DNA from: Spirosoma fluviale
GTDB lineage: Bacteria; Bacteroidota; Bacteroidia; Cytophagales; Spirosomataceae
Direction of reading: 5' to 3'
NCBI GenBank assembly: GCA_945866095.1
Contig: CAMBGA010000002.1
Span: 6,734-70,733, forward strand
DNA length: 64,000 nucleotides
Under the pieces are notes generated by a model. The model was not told the origin of the DNA and did not search any database. It worked only from the letters and a program-made list of their open reading frames with translations. The translations under genes and the position numbers were made by a program. This document shows positions 32,773 through 42,440 of this stretch, one piece after another (within the stretch, counting starts at the first letter, position 1; each line of letters opens with the position of its first letter).

Positions 32773-33618
32773 ATGAAATTAGTTAGAATAGGAAAGCTTA
32801 ATAATGAAAAGCCCGCAGTATTAATCAATGATAAGTACTTTGATGTTTCAGATTATATACATGACTTTAATGAATCATTTTTTGAAAATGATGGCATCCG
32901 AAGTTTAGAGAATATTGTATCAAATAATGATTTAAAAGAAATACATAATCCTGTAAGGATTGGATCTTGCGTGGCTCGACCATCAAAAATTATATGTGTT
33001 GGTTTAAATTATATAGATCACGCAAAGGAGACCGGCGCAGAAATACCAAAAGAACCTATTTTATTTTTTAAAAGTACAACTGCATTAAATGGGCCATTTG
33101 ATGACGTTGTAATACCTAAAAATTCTAATAAGACAGATTGGGAGGTTGAATTAGCCATAGTGATTGGTAAAAAAGCTCAATATGTATCTGAAAAAGATGC
33201 TTATGATTATGTTGCAGGATATTGTTTGCATAATGATTATTCAGAAAGAGAGTTTCAATTAGAAAGAGGAGGGAATTGGTCAAAAGGTAAAGGTTGTGAT
33301 ACATTTGCTCCCTTAGGACCATTCTTGGCTACCAAAGATGAAATTAAAGATGTACATGATTTGAATATGTGGCTTGATGTTAATGGCAAGAGATTTCAAG
33401 TCAGTAATACCAATCAGTTGATATTTAATGTACCCCAAGTAGTTTCATATATTTCACAATTTATGACTTTGCTACCAGGTGATGTCATAAGCACAGGTAC
33501 TCCACATGGTGTTGGACTTGGTTTAAAGCCACCCGTTTTTCTGCAACCTGGCGATTGTGTTGCATTAGGAATGGATGGACTAGGTGAACAAAAACAAAAT
33601 TTAGTTGCTTATTCTTGA
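32773..33618 (+). CDS. Fumarylacetoacetate-hydrolase family, probable 2,4-diketo-3-deoxy-L-fuconate hydrolase
   Basis: KIICVGLNY, DWEVELA, NDYSER, GKGCDTF, STGTP; start moved to in-frame ATG 32773 just after the upstream stop. Confidence 0.85.
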   Translation: MKLVRIGKLNNEKPAVLINDKYFDVSDYIHDFNESFFENDGIRSLENIVSNNDLKEIHNPVRIGSCVARPSKIICVGLNYIDHAKETGAEIPKEPILFFKSTTALNGPFDDVVIPKNSNKTDWEVELAIVIGKKAQYVSEKDAYDYVAGYCLHNDYSEREFQLERGGNWSKGKGCDTFAPLGPFLATKDEIKDVHDLNMWLDVNGKRFQVSNTNQLIFNVPQVVSYISQFMTLLPGDVISTGTPHGVGLGLKPPVFLQPGDCVALGMDGLGEQKQNLVAYS

Positions 33619-34448
33619 TGATTGATTCACATCAACATTTTTGGAATTATAATGCAAACAGAGATGTTTGGATTACCGAAGATATGGGAAGAATTCGCAA
33701 AAATTTTTATCCCGGTGATTCCGTTGAGTTATTTGCCAACAACGAAATTAGTGGTTGCATTGCTGTGCAAGCCGATTCATCTGAAGAAGAAACATTTTTT
33801 CTAATTTCATTAGCCGAACAATCTGATTTCATAAAAGGGGTAGTGGGTTGGGTCGATTTACAAGCTAAAGATATTGAAAGTCGATTAACTTATTTTTCAC
33901 AATTTGAACAGATTGTTGGTTTTCGTCATGTAGTTCAATCTGAAACCGATCCTAATTTTTTATCAAGACCCGACTTTTCTAAGGGAATTCAATTATTGGA
34001 AACCTTTGATTTTGCATATGATTTACTTATTTATCCGAACCAATTAAACTCAGGCATAGATTTTTGCAAGAAAAATTCAAATCAAAGGATTGTGTTAGAT
34101 CATTTGGCTAAGCCACCTATTAAAACAGGGGATATTGCTGAATGGAAAAAGAATATTGTAAAGTTCAAGGAATTAGAAAACGTATCCGCTAAAATTTCCG
34201 GATTAATTACAGAAGCCGAATGGTTTAAATGGAATGAAAAAGACATTTTGGATGTCATTGAAATATCTCTAGAGGTATTTGGGCCTGATCGACTAATGTT
34301 TGGAACCGATTATCCGGTAGTTTTAGTAGCAGATGAATTGTCTAGTTGGGTTACTACATTTAAAAAATCCATATCTAAATTGTCTGCAGATGAAATTAAA
34401 AAAATCACCGTAAATAATTGTCTTCAATTTTATAAAATAGAATTATAA
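33618..34448 (+). CDS. Amidohydrolase 2, probable L-fucono-1,5-lactonase
   Basis: IDSHQHFW, GFRH, LDHLAKP, AKISG, MFGTDYPV; ATG overlaps upstream TGA. Confidence 0.85.
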   Translation: MIDSHQHFWNYNANRDVWITEDMGRIRKNFYPGDSVELFANNEISGCIAVQADSSEEETFFLISLAEQSDFIKGVVGWVDLQAKDIESRLTYFSQFEQIVGFRHVVQSETDPNFLSRPDFSKGIQLLETFDFAYDLLIYPNQLNSGIDFCKKNSNQRIVLDHLAKPPIKTGDIAEWKKNIVKFKELENVSAKISGLITEAEWFKWNEKDILDVIEISLEVFGPDRLMFGTDYPVVLVADELSSWVTTFKKSISKLSADEIKKITVNNCLQFYKIEL

Positions 34449-35230
34449 TGAATTTAGGATTAAAAGAAAAAGTGATTATTGTCACTGGAGGTGCAAAAGG
34501 CATAGGGGAAGGAATAAGCGAAAGTTTAGCTCTTGAAAGTGCCATGGTAGCTATTGTAGGTAGAAACGAAGTTGACAATCTTAAATGTATTGAAAAAATT
34601 CAAGCTATAGGTGGTCAAGCTTTTTCATTTGTTGCCGAATTAAGCGATCCCAATCAATGCAAAAAAGTTATCGAGGAGATTTATACTAAATTTGGAAGAA
34701 TTGATGGATTAGTTAATAATGCCGGTATAAATGATGGGGTGGGCTTAGCCAATGGTACCTATGAAAAATTCATACAATCATTGCATTCCAATTTAATTCA
34801 TTATTATTTATTAGCTCAGGCTTGCCTACCATATTTAATTAAAACAAAAGGTTCCATTGTCAACATCGGTTCTAAAGTTGCAGAAACTGGCCAAGGCGGT
34901 ACATCCGCATATGCGGCCTCCAATGGAGGCAGAAATGCTTTAACTCGCGAATGGGCTGTTGAATTGCTACCACATGGCATTCGTGTCAATGCAGTTATTG
35001 TAGCTGAGTGTTATACTCCTATGTATGACAAATGGATACAAACATTACCTAATCCTAGTGAAACGTTAAGTGAAATAGAAAATAGGATTCCATTAGGTAA
35101 ACGTATGACAACCAAAGAAGAGTTAGGTGCAATGGTTGCTTTTCTATTATCTAGCAAATCGAGTCATACCACTGGCCAATTAATACATGTAGATGGTGGT
35201 TATGTACATTTAGATCGGTCTTTAATTTAA
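34448..35230 (+). CDS. SDR, probable L-fucose dehydrogenase
   Basis: TGGAKGIG, NNAGINDGVGL, TGQGGTSAYAAS, LTREWA, VDGGYVHLDR resemble the L-fucose dehydrogenase subfamily. Confidence 0.82.
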   Translation: MNLGLKEKVIIVTGGAKGIGEGISESLALESAMVAIVGRNEVDNLKCIEKIQAIGGQAFSFVAELSDPNQCKKVIEEIYTKFGRIDGLVNNAGINDGVGLANGTYEKFIQSLHSNLIHYYLLAQACLPYLIKTKGSIVNIGSKVAETGQGGTSAYAASNGGRNALTREWAVELLPHGIRVNAVIVAECYTPMYDKWIQTLPNPSETLSEIENRIPLGKRMTTKEELGAMVAFLLSSKSSHTTGQLIHVDGGYVHLDRSLI

Positions 35231-35236
35231 TCTCTT

Positions 35237-36319
35237 ATGGATTATAGTCATATTGAAAGCCCTGGTTTAATTGTTTTTCCTGAAATAGTGGAATCCAATA
35301 TTAATCTTGTTATTGATATGGTTGGAGGAAATGTAGATCGATTAAGACCCCATATAAAGACTCATAAGACCCAAGAGGTTAATGATTTTTTGTTAAAAGC
35401 AGGGATATATAAATTCAAATGCGCCACGATTGCTGAAGCAGAGTTACTCGCTATTTCAAATGCTAAAGATATATTATTATCGATTCAACCTACCGGAACA
35501 ACTCTTTCAAGATTTATAGCATTAGGACTTCAATATCAGAATAGCCAATTTTCATGTCTCATCGATGATTATAATGCAGCTAAAAATATTAATGATTTAG
35601 CCATCAAACATCATGTGAACATTCCTGTTTTTATTGATATTAATGTTGGCATGAATCGGACTGGAATCGTTCCAAAAGAAGCGTTAAAATTGATTGATGA
35701 AATTTCTAATCATTTAAGTAATCTTGTCATTAAAGGATTACATGCTTATGATGGACATATTCGCGATGTTAATTTACAAACGCGCATTGAACATGTCGAA
35801 CAAGATTTTATTGATTTTTATGTATTAATTGATAAAATAGATATGTCAACATACGAATTAGTGGTCGGTGGAACACCTAGCTTTTTAGTTCATCGTACAA
35901 ATAATCGCTTTGTTTGTAGTCCTGGAACCTTCGTTTTTTTTGATGTAGGTTATCATAATTTATTTCCTGAAAATACCTTAAAAATGGCTGTTCAAATAAT
36001 TGCAAGAGTCATTTCTAAACCAACAAATTCTACCATATGCATTGATTTGGGCCATAAATCTGTGGCAGCAGAAAATCCAATTGACAATCGAGTTCGGTTC
36101 ATAGATTTTCCCCATTGGACGCTTAAAAGTCAAAGTGAAGAACATGGAATTATTGAAGTTCAAGATCATTCGAATATAGAAATTGGTCAAATCATTCGCA
36201 TGTACCCATATCACATTTGTCCAACAGTAGCGCTTCACCAAAATTTGCAGGTCATAGAACATGATCATTTAGTAGGAGAGTGGTTAGTCAAGGCACGTAA
36301 TCGTAAAATCAATATTTAA
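35237..36319 (+). CDS. Fold-type III PLP enzyme, D-threonine aldolase/D-serine dehydratase family
   Basis: LRPHIKTHK PLP lysine, KCAT, RTG, HAYDGH, SEEHG, PYHICP. Confidence 0.85.
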   Translation: MDYSHIESPGLIVFPEIVESNINLVIDMVGGNVDRLRPHIKTHKTQEVNDFLLKAGIYKFKCATIAEAELLAISNAKDILLSIQPTGTTLSRFIALGLQYQNSQFSCLIDDYNAAKNINDLAIKHHVNIPVFIDINVGMNRTGIVPKEALKLIDEISNHLSNLVIKGLHAYDGHIRDVNLQTRIEHVEQDFIDFYVLIDKIDMSTYELVVGGTPSFLVHRTNNRFVCSPGTFVFFDVGYHNLFPENTLKMAVQIIARVISKPTNSTICIDLGHKSVAAENPIDNRVRFIDFPHWTLKSQSEEHGIIEVQDHSNIEIGQIIRMYPYHICPTVALHQNLQVIEHDHLVGEWLVKARNRKINI

Positions 36320-36320
36320 T

Positions 36321-37388
36321 ATGCTACTCTTTGACGCTCATTTAGACTTAAGCATGAATGCATTAGAATGGAATCGGGATTTACGTTCTTCCATTACTGA
36401 AATCAATTCTAGAGAGGAAGGCATGACTGATAAATTAGATCGAGGTAAAGCAACAGTGTCATTAGAAGAGTTAAGAAAAGGCAATATTGGCATTGTGGTA
36501 GCTACACAGATAGCAAGATACGTGACAAAGTCATCTAATTTACCAGGTTGGAATTCTCCTGAGCAGGCTTGGGCACAAACGCAAGGCCAATTGGCTTATT
36601 ATAAAGCTTTAGAATCATTAGGGGAATTATCTCCCATCAGAAATGCAAATGAACTAGAAAGCCATTTACAGTATTGGAATGGGTCATTCGATGATAAAAA
36701 AACGATAGGTTATATCTTGAGTTTAGAGGGTGCTGATTCTATAGTATCCGTTGAATACTTAGATATAGCTTATAATTATGGATTAAGAGCTTTAGGACCC
36801 GCTCATTATGGACCTGGTAGATACGCACAAGGAACCAATGCAACAGGCGGCTTAGGACCTAACGGAAAAGATTTGTTAGTAAAAATGGAATCTTTGGGGA
36901 TTATCTTAGATGCCACACATTTATGTGATGATAGTTTTTGGGAAGCCATGGACATTTTCAATGGATCTGTTTGGGCAAGTCATCAAAATTGTAGATCACT
37001 TGTAAATCATAATCGTCAATTCACGGATGAACAATTTAAAGAGATTATTCGACGTGGAGCTGTGATCGGTTTACCTTTAGATACTTGGATGATGGTACCC
37101 AATTGGATTAGAGGTGTATCGGATCCAATCAGCATGAAAGTAGATTTGAACGTAATGATAGATCATCTCGTACATATTTGCAGCCTTGCTGGCAATACAA
37201 ATCATGTAGGCATTGGTACCGATTTAGATGGTGGATATGGAACTGAACAATCACCCATTGATATTAAAACCATAGCTGACTTACAAAAAATTCCTGATTT
37301 ATTGTTAAAAAGAGGTTTTTCCAATGATGACATCACTAAGATTTGCCATCAAAATTGGATTGATTTTTTAATGAATCATTGGAGTTAA
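36321..37388 (+). CDS. M19 (membrane dipeptidase-like) amidohydrolase, no signal peptide
   Basis: FDAHLD, SLEGAD, DATH, ASHQN, GIGTDLDG. Confidence 0.85.
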   Translation: MLLFDAHLDLSMNALEWNRDLRSSITEINSREEGMTDKLDRGKATVSLEELRKGNIGIVVATQIARYVTKSSNLPGWNSPEQAWAQTQGQLAYYKALESLGELSPIRNANELESHLQYWNGSFDDKKTIGYILSLEGADSIVSVEYLDIAYNYGLRALGPAHYGPGRYAQGTNATGGLGPNGKDLLVKMESLGIILDATHLCDDSFWEAMDIFNGSVWASHQNCRSLVNHNRQFTDEQFKEIIRRGAVIGLPLDTWMMVPNWIRGVSDPISMKVDLNVMIDHLVHICSLAGNTNHVGIGTDLDGGYGTEQSPIDIKTIADLQKIPDLLLKRGFSNDDITKICHQNWIDFLMNHWS

Positions 37389-38144
37389 TCATACTGAACC
37401 TGGTGGAGGACTGTATGAAGTCCAACCTCCATCTACAATTAAGGTTTGTCCCGTAATTTGCCTTGACTTATCTGATAGCATAAAAGATATCGAATTAGAA
37501 ATATCAGTAACATCAGCTATTGTACCCATTGGAGTGATTTTAGTCCATTGACTTTCAAAATCACTTATTAAAGCTGTTCTTTCTGTAAGGGTAGCACCGG
37601 GTGAAATGGCATTTATTCGAATGCCTAGTGGAGATAATTCCACAACTAAATTTCTAACAAGTTGGATTAAGGCTCCTTTTGTCATCCCATAAGCCACTAA
37701 ATCAGGATGAGCTTGATGACCCGTAACTGAGGTAGTAACAACTATACTTCCTTTGGTATTACTTTCTTTTAATCGTTGGGCAATGAATTGTATTAAAAAG
37801 AAGGTACCTGAAACATTAACTTTCAACAATGTATCCATGGATTCCCTCGGATAATCAAGAAAACCACCAAAAGTTGTAATTCCGCTATTGCAAACGCAGC
37901 CATATAAGGTTCCCGGTGTATTATTAATCGTATCAGCTAAATCATTTAAAAATAATTCGCTACTTGAATCACCTAAAATTCCCAATTGGTTTGTTAACAA
38001 ATGTTTTTCTAATTGCTGTGCAGCAGTTTTGAAAACGGAAGGATCTATTTCATTCCAAATGACAAAATATCCTTCCTTGCATAATTGTATAACTACTTCT
38101 AATCCAATTCCTTGGCCTGCACCTGTGACAATTACTTTTTTCAT
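37389..38144 (-). CDS. SDR oxidoreductase
   Basis: TGAGQGIG, YGMTK, INAISPG, VDGG. Confidence 0.85.
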   Translation of the reverse strand: MKKVIVTGAGQGIGLEVVIQLCKEGYFVIWNEIDPSVFKTAAQQLEKHLLTNQLGILGDSSSELFLNDLADTINNTPGTLYGCVCNSGITTFGGFLDYPRESMDTLLKVNVSGTFFLIQFIAQRLKESNTKGSIVVTTSVTGHQAHPDLVAYGMTKGALIQLVRNLVVELSPLGIRINAISPGATLTERTALISDFESQWTKITPMGTIADVTDISNSISFMLSDKSRQITGQTLIVDGGWTSYSPPPGSV

Positions 38145-38145
38145 T

Positions 38146-39867
38146 CTAATGTGAGTCTCTCGTTACTTTAGAACCTGAACCACCTTTTAAAAAATCAAAA
38201 TCGGCACCCACATGCGCCTGTTCTACGCGATCAATAAATAAGCCCACATATCCTCTAATTTGTTTTACAGGGACAATAGGATTAGCTGCTTTTCTTTGGG
38301 ACAATTCTTCGTCGCTAACTTCCCAATGAATACTTCGATTATTTAAATCTAATTCAATAAAATCACCATTCTCTACCCAGTTCAGAGGTCCACCCGCTGC
38401 GGATTCAGGACTCACATGCAAAATTACAGTTCCATAACCCGTGCCACTCATCCGTCCATCTGAAATTCGAACCATGTCTTTTACTCCTTTTTCCAACAAT
38501 TTTTTAGGAATACCCATGTTACCCACTTCGGCCATACCTGGATAACCTTTAGGACCTACATTTTTCAAAACCATCACTGAATTTTCATCGATATCTAAAT
38601 CAGGCAAATCAATTCGAGCATGATAATCTTCAATATTTTCAAAGACAACGGCTTTACCTCTATGCTTAAATAATGATAAAGATGCTGCAGATGGTTTCAC
38701 TACGGCTCCATTAGGTGCCAAATTCCCTCTTACAACAGCTATTCCTGAATCTAATTTAAATGGTTCATCAAAAGTTGAGATAATATTGCTGTCATAAATA
38801 GGCGTATTGTCAATGTTTTCATCTACTGTCTTTCCGTTGACCGTAATGGCATCCGTATTTAAAAACTTTTTCATTTGATTCATTAATGCGGGTAAGCCCC
38901 CAGCATAGTATAAATCTTCCATAAAGTGCTCTCCAGATGGTTGTATATTGGCTAATAAAGGGATTTGCCTAGAAAACTTATCAAAATCATTTAAATCTAA
39001 TTCGACACCAATTCGACCTGCAATAGCTAATAAATGAATTACAAAATTAGTGGATCCACCCGTAGCGGCATTGACTCTGATCGCATTTTCAAAAGCTGCT
39101 CTTGTTAACACTTTTGAGATTTTCTGATCCTCATTGACCATTTCAACGATTCGTCTACCAGAATGTTGAGCTAATACTTTTCTACGAACATCAGCAGCTG
39201 GTATAGCCGCATTTTGTGGCAAACTTAAACCTAAAGCTTCCACCATAGTAGCCATAGTCGACGCAGTACCCATCACCGCACAATGCCCTGGAGTTCTAGT
39301 CATACAAGCTTCAGCTTCCACAAATTCTTTTTGTGTTAACTCGCCTAATTTATATGCTTCTGCAAAACGCCAAACATCAGAGGTACCAATATCCTTACCT
39401 TTAAATTTACCCTTCATCATAGGTCCTCCTGAAATGACTAAAGTAGGTAAATCCACACTGCAGGCTCCCATAACTAAAGAAGGTGTTGTTTTGTCGCATC
39501 CACACATCAGTACAACCCCATCAATCGGATTTGCTCGAATAGATTCTTCAACATCCATACTGGCTAAATTTCGATACAACATAGCAGTAGGCTTGATCAA
39601 AGTTTCACCTAATGACATCACAGGAAATTCTACCGGAAATCCACCAGCTTCAATAACTCCTTTTTTTACAAATTCAGCAAGTTCTCTAAAATGTGCGTTA
39701 CACGGAGTTAGTTCAGACCATGTATTACAGATACCAATGACGGGTTTACCTTGAAAATATTCATCTGGAATACCTTGATTTTTCATCCAGGCTCTATATA
39801 TAAAGCCATCTTTACCGGTTTTACCAAACCATTGTTGCGAGCGTAAATTTTCTTTATTCATGTTCAA
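38146..39867 (-). CDS. IlvD/Edd-family sugar-acid dehydratase (L-arabinonate/D-xylonate type)
   Basis: NTWSELTPCN, GCDKTTP, GHCAVMGTASTM, GGSTN, SDGRMSGT, C-terminal DSH. Confidence 0.88.
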   Translation of the reverse strand: MNMNKENLRSQQWFGKTGKDGFIYRAWMKNQGIPDEYFQGKPVIGICNTWSELTPCNAHFRELAEFVKKGVIEAGGFPVEFPVMSLGETLIKPTAMLYRNLASMDVEESIRANPIDGVVLMCGCDKTTPSLVMGACSVDLPTLVISGGPMMKGKFKGKDIGTSDVWRFAEAYKLGELTQKEFVEAEACMTRTPGHCAVMGTASTMATMVEALGLSLPQNAAIPAADVRRKVLAQHSGRRIVEMVNEDQKISKVLTRAAFENAIRVNAATGGSTNFVIHLLAIAGRIGVELDLNDFDKFSRQIPLLANIQPSGEHFMEDLYYAGGLPALMNQMKKFLNTDAITVNGKTVDENIDNTPIYDSNIISTFDEPFKLDSGIAVVRGNLAPNGAVVKPSAASLSLFKHRGKAVVFENIEDYHARIDLPDLDIDENSVMVLKNVGPKGYPGMAEVGNMGIPKKLLEKGVKDMVRISDGRMSGTGYGTVILHVSPESAAGGPLNWVENGDFIELDLNNRSIHWEVSDEELSQRKAANPIVPVKQIRGYVGLFIDRVEQAHVGADFDFLKGGSGSKVTRDSH

Positions 39868-40510
39868 AGTCTAAGGTTTTTTTTAATACAAAGCTATTAT
39901 CCGGACCTAATGAATAAAAGCATACTCTAACACCATTTACTAAATCTGAATATTGATCATTTTTAAATTGAAAGGATCTGACAATATCAGATTTCACTAA
40001 ATACAATGAATCCTTTCCCGAATAACCAAATTCTTGTCTACCCTTTAAATTAGGAAATTTTATTAAATTAAAAGAATTTTTGTTGAATTCATACCCAAAT
40101 ATTTGAAATTTATGAGCATTATCATCGCCAAAAATCCAAAATTCAGGTCGTTGATTATTATTCAAATCAGAACTTATTAGGTTTTTAATTTTAAAATTTT
40201 TCAGTTTTTTTTCAAAGATCAATTGATGACTTTTAAATATTTGAAAATGAATGAAATCCGTATTTATATCTGCCTTAGCCTCAAAATCTTCAACTTGTGT
40301 AGTATACACAGGTAGAATGTTACTCAACGTATCTATCGCATGTTCAATATGGGAAATTGAATCGATAGCTGAATTAACAATTTTCTCGTCATTAAAGTCA
40401 AAGGAAACATTATTTGTATCAGATAAATCTTTACCAATGATATAATAAATCAGGTATGCCAGTAGAGATAATATCCCAATAAATAATAAAGATCTAATGT
40501 GCCTCATCAA
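39854..40510 (-). CDS. Hypothetical membrane-anchored protein, possibly PliI-like
   Basis: N-terminal TM; DLNNNQRPE, GYSGKD, IVRSF, G.R..FYSL motifs. Confidence 0.6.
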   Translation of the reverse strand: MMRHIRSLLFIGILSLLAYLIYYIIGKDLSDTNNVSFDFNDEKIVNSAIDSISHIEHAIDTLSNILPVYTTQVEDFEAKADINTDFIHFQIFKSHQLIFEKKLKNFKIKNLISSDLNNNQRPEFWIFGDDNAHKFQIFGYEFNKNSFNLIKFPNLKGRQEFGYSGKDSLYLVKSDIVRSFQFKNDQYSDLVNGVRVCFYSLGPDNSFVLKKTLDFEHE

Positions 40511-41645
40511 TCGTTTTCTTAATGATCAATAAAGCCTTTTCCAATGATTTTTTAGTGCAAGCAATATTAACCCGAATAAAATTTTTACCTAAAAATTGAT
40601 CCCCACGTAAAACATGCAATCCATTAGTAAATAACCTTTGTTGGAAATCACATAGAATTTCTTTGTCATATTGAATCCAAGCTAAATACGTAGCTTCCAA
40701 TGGCAACATTTTCAAACTTTTAATTTGCTTAATGAATGAAAGAAGTAATTCATGATTATTTCTTAAATAAATAAGCAAATTCTCCAACCATTCATTATTC
40801 ATAGTTAAACTAGTTTGAATAATTTCAATACTATGCCTAGATAGCATTGGTAAAACCCCTTGAATATGCTTATTGTATTTCTCTCTGATTTTAGCATTAG
40901 GAATAATAGCCACAGCGCCACCCATTCCAGCAGTATTATACGTTTTTGAGGTCGCAAAAAATGTAATTGCAGGTAATTCGTTTGAAATATACTTGCCAAT
41001 GCATACATGTTTTTGACTTGTTTGTAATTGTAAATCCGAATGAATTTCGTCTGAAAGGATCATACAATCATATTTTGTACATAAAAATACAATGCGTTCT
41101 ATTTCTACCTCAGTAAAAACAGTTCCACCTGGATTATGTGGATTACAAAATAAAAATACTCCCGGATTTTTTTTTAATTGATTTTCAAATTCAATAAAAT
41201 CATATACCCATCTGCCATCTTTTTCAACCATATTAAATGTTAAAAGATCCCTATCTACCCACTTAGAAACTAAATGGAACGGATGATAGACGGGTATTGG
41301 AGTTAAAATACTTTGTTCAGATGATACAAAAGTAGAACAAGCCAAGGTTAGTCCAGGTACTATTCCTGGAATCCAAACTTGCCATTCAATTTGTGTATCC
41401 CAATCATAGGACTCTTTTATTTTAGTCTGATATGCCCGTTTTAATGTTTCTGGTACCAATGAGTATCCCAACACACCATGATCATTGATGTGGCTTATGG
41501 TGTTTGTTAATTCATCAGCGATACGAAAATCCATATCAGCGACTGGCATGGGCAATATATCTAGACCTTCATACAATGGGTTATCCCACTTATAACTATT
41601 CGTATTCTTACGATCTATTTCTTGATCAAAATTGTATTTCGACAT
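40494..41645 (-). CDS. patB: MalY/PatB cystathionine beta-lyase-like PLP enzyme
   Basis: PMPVADMDF, CNPHNPGG, SDEIHSD, SKTYN, EATYLAW. Confidence 0.85.
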   Translation of the reverse strand: MSKYNFDQEIDRKNTNSYKWDNPLYEGLDILPMPVADMDFRIADELTNTISHINDHGVLGYSLVPETLKRAYQTKIKESYDWDTQIEWQVWIPGIVPGLTLACSTFVSSEQSILTPIPVYHPFHLVSKWVDRDLLTFNMVEKDGRWVYDFIEFENQLKKNPGVFLFCNPHNPGGTVFTEVEIERIVFLCTKYDCMILSDEIHSDLQLQTSQKHVCIGKYISNELPAITFFATSKTYNTAGMGGAVAIIPNAKIREKYNKHIQGVLPMLSRHSIEIIQTSLTMNNEWLENLLIYLRNNHELLLSFIKQIKSLKMLPLEATYLAWIQYDKEILCDFQQRLFTNGLHVLRGDQFLGKNFIRVNIACTKKSLEKALLIIKKTIDEAH

Positions 41646-42440
41646 TTATATTTTGGGCCTGTAAATTTGAAATCCTGTTATTTTTTTATTTTTCAATATG
41701 TATTGATCGATGGTTACATCTGAAATACAAACTATTTTTTTTTCTTGAGATGCATGAAGAATATACTTTTTATTATTTTTAAAATGTACGAATCCGACAT
41801 GTTGAAAATCTAAGTCATTACGTGAGGATACAAAAGCAATCACATCACCATTTTGAATTAAGTCGTTAATTTTCAAATCTTTAGTAGAATCAAAATAATA
41901 TATATTTTTCTGACTAATCGATTTTTCAATGTTTATTATCCTAGCCATATTGATATGATGGCTACTTACATGTTTAGACAAATAATTTACATTTTTTTGA
42001 ATCAATTTCGAGTTGAATGGATTGTTAATAGGAGATAGCATATTTAAAGCGACCATTTTTTGCAATCCTTTCGTTAAATAATGATTTCTATTTTCATAGC
42101 TTACCGTATCTGTATAACGAATATTAATTAAATTTTCAATAAACTTAGCATTCGCACCTTCTGAATAATATAAAGCTAAAACGTTTTCTACATAAGTAAC
42201 ACAATCAAAATCGCTAAATGAATAATACATTTTTTCAGGGTTTGATTTTGATAAGCGATTAGATAAATACGGAACACCTTTAAAATATTGACCAATCAAC
42301 ATCGGATTTTTTGAAGAAATACTATTTTCTATTACAAGCTTAAGCTCAGGAGATATACCCTTAAATGTTTGAGCCACAAGATGATAACCAGGTACCCCCA
42401 TCAATAAAATCAATATTATTAATAGTACATGTTTCATCAA
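41646..42440 (-). CDS. DUF1460 NlpC/P60-related peptidoglycan amidase-like protein, exported
   Basis: Signal peptide, FKGVPY, FDCVTYVE, R.HY, HVGF, LHAS. Confidence 0.8.
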   Translation of the reverse strand: MMKHVLLIILILLMGVPGYHLVAQTFKGISPELKLVIENSISSKNPMLIGQYFKGVPYLSNRLSKSNPEKMYYSFSDFDCVTYVENVLALYYSEGANAKFIENLINIRYTDTVSYENRNHYLTKGLQKMVALNMLSPINNPFNSKLIQKNVNYLSKHVSSHHINMARIINIEKSISQKNIYYFDSTKDLKINDLIQNGDVIAFVSSRNDLDFQHVGFVHFKNNKKYILHASQEKKIVCISDVTIDQYILKNKKITGFQIYRPKI

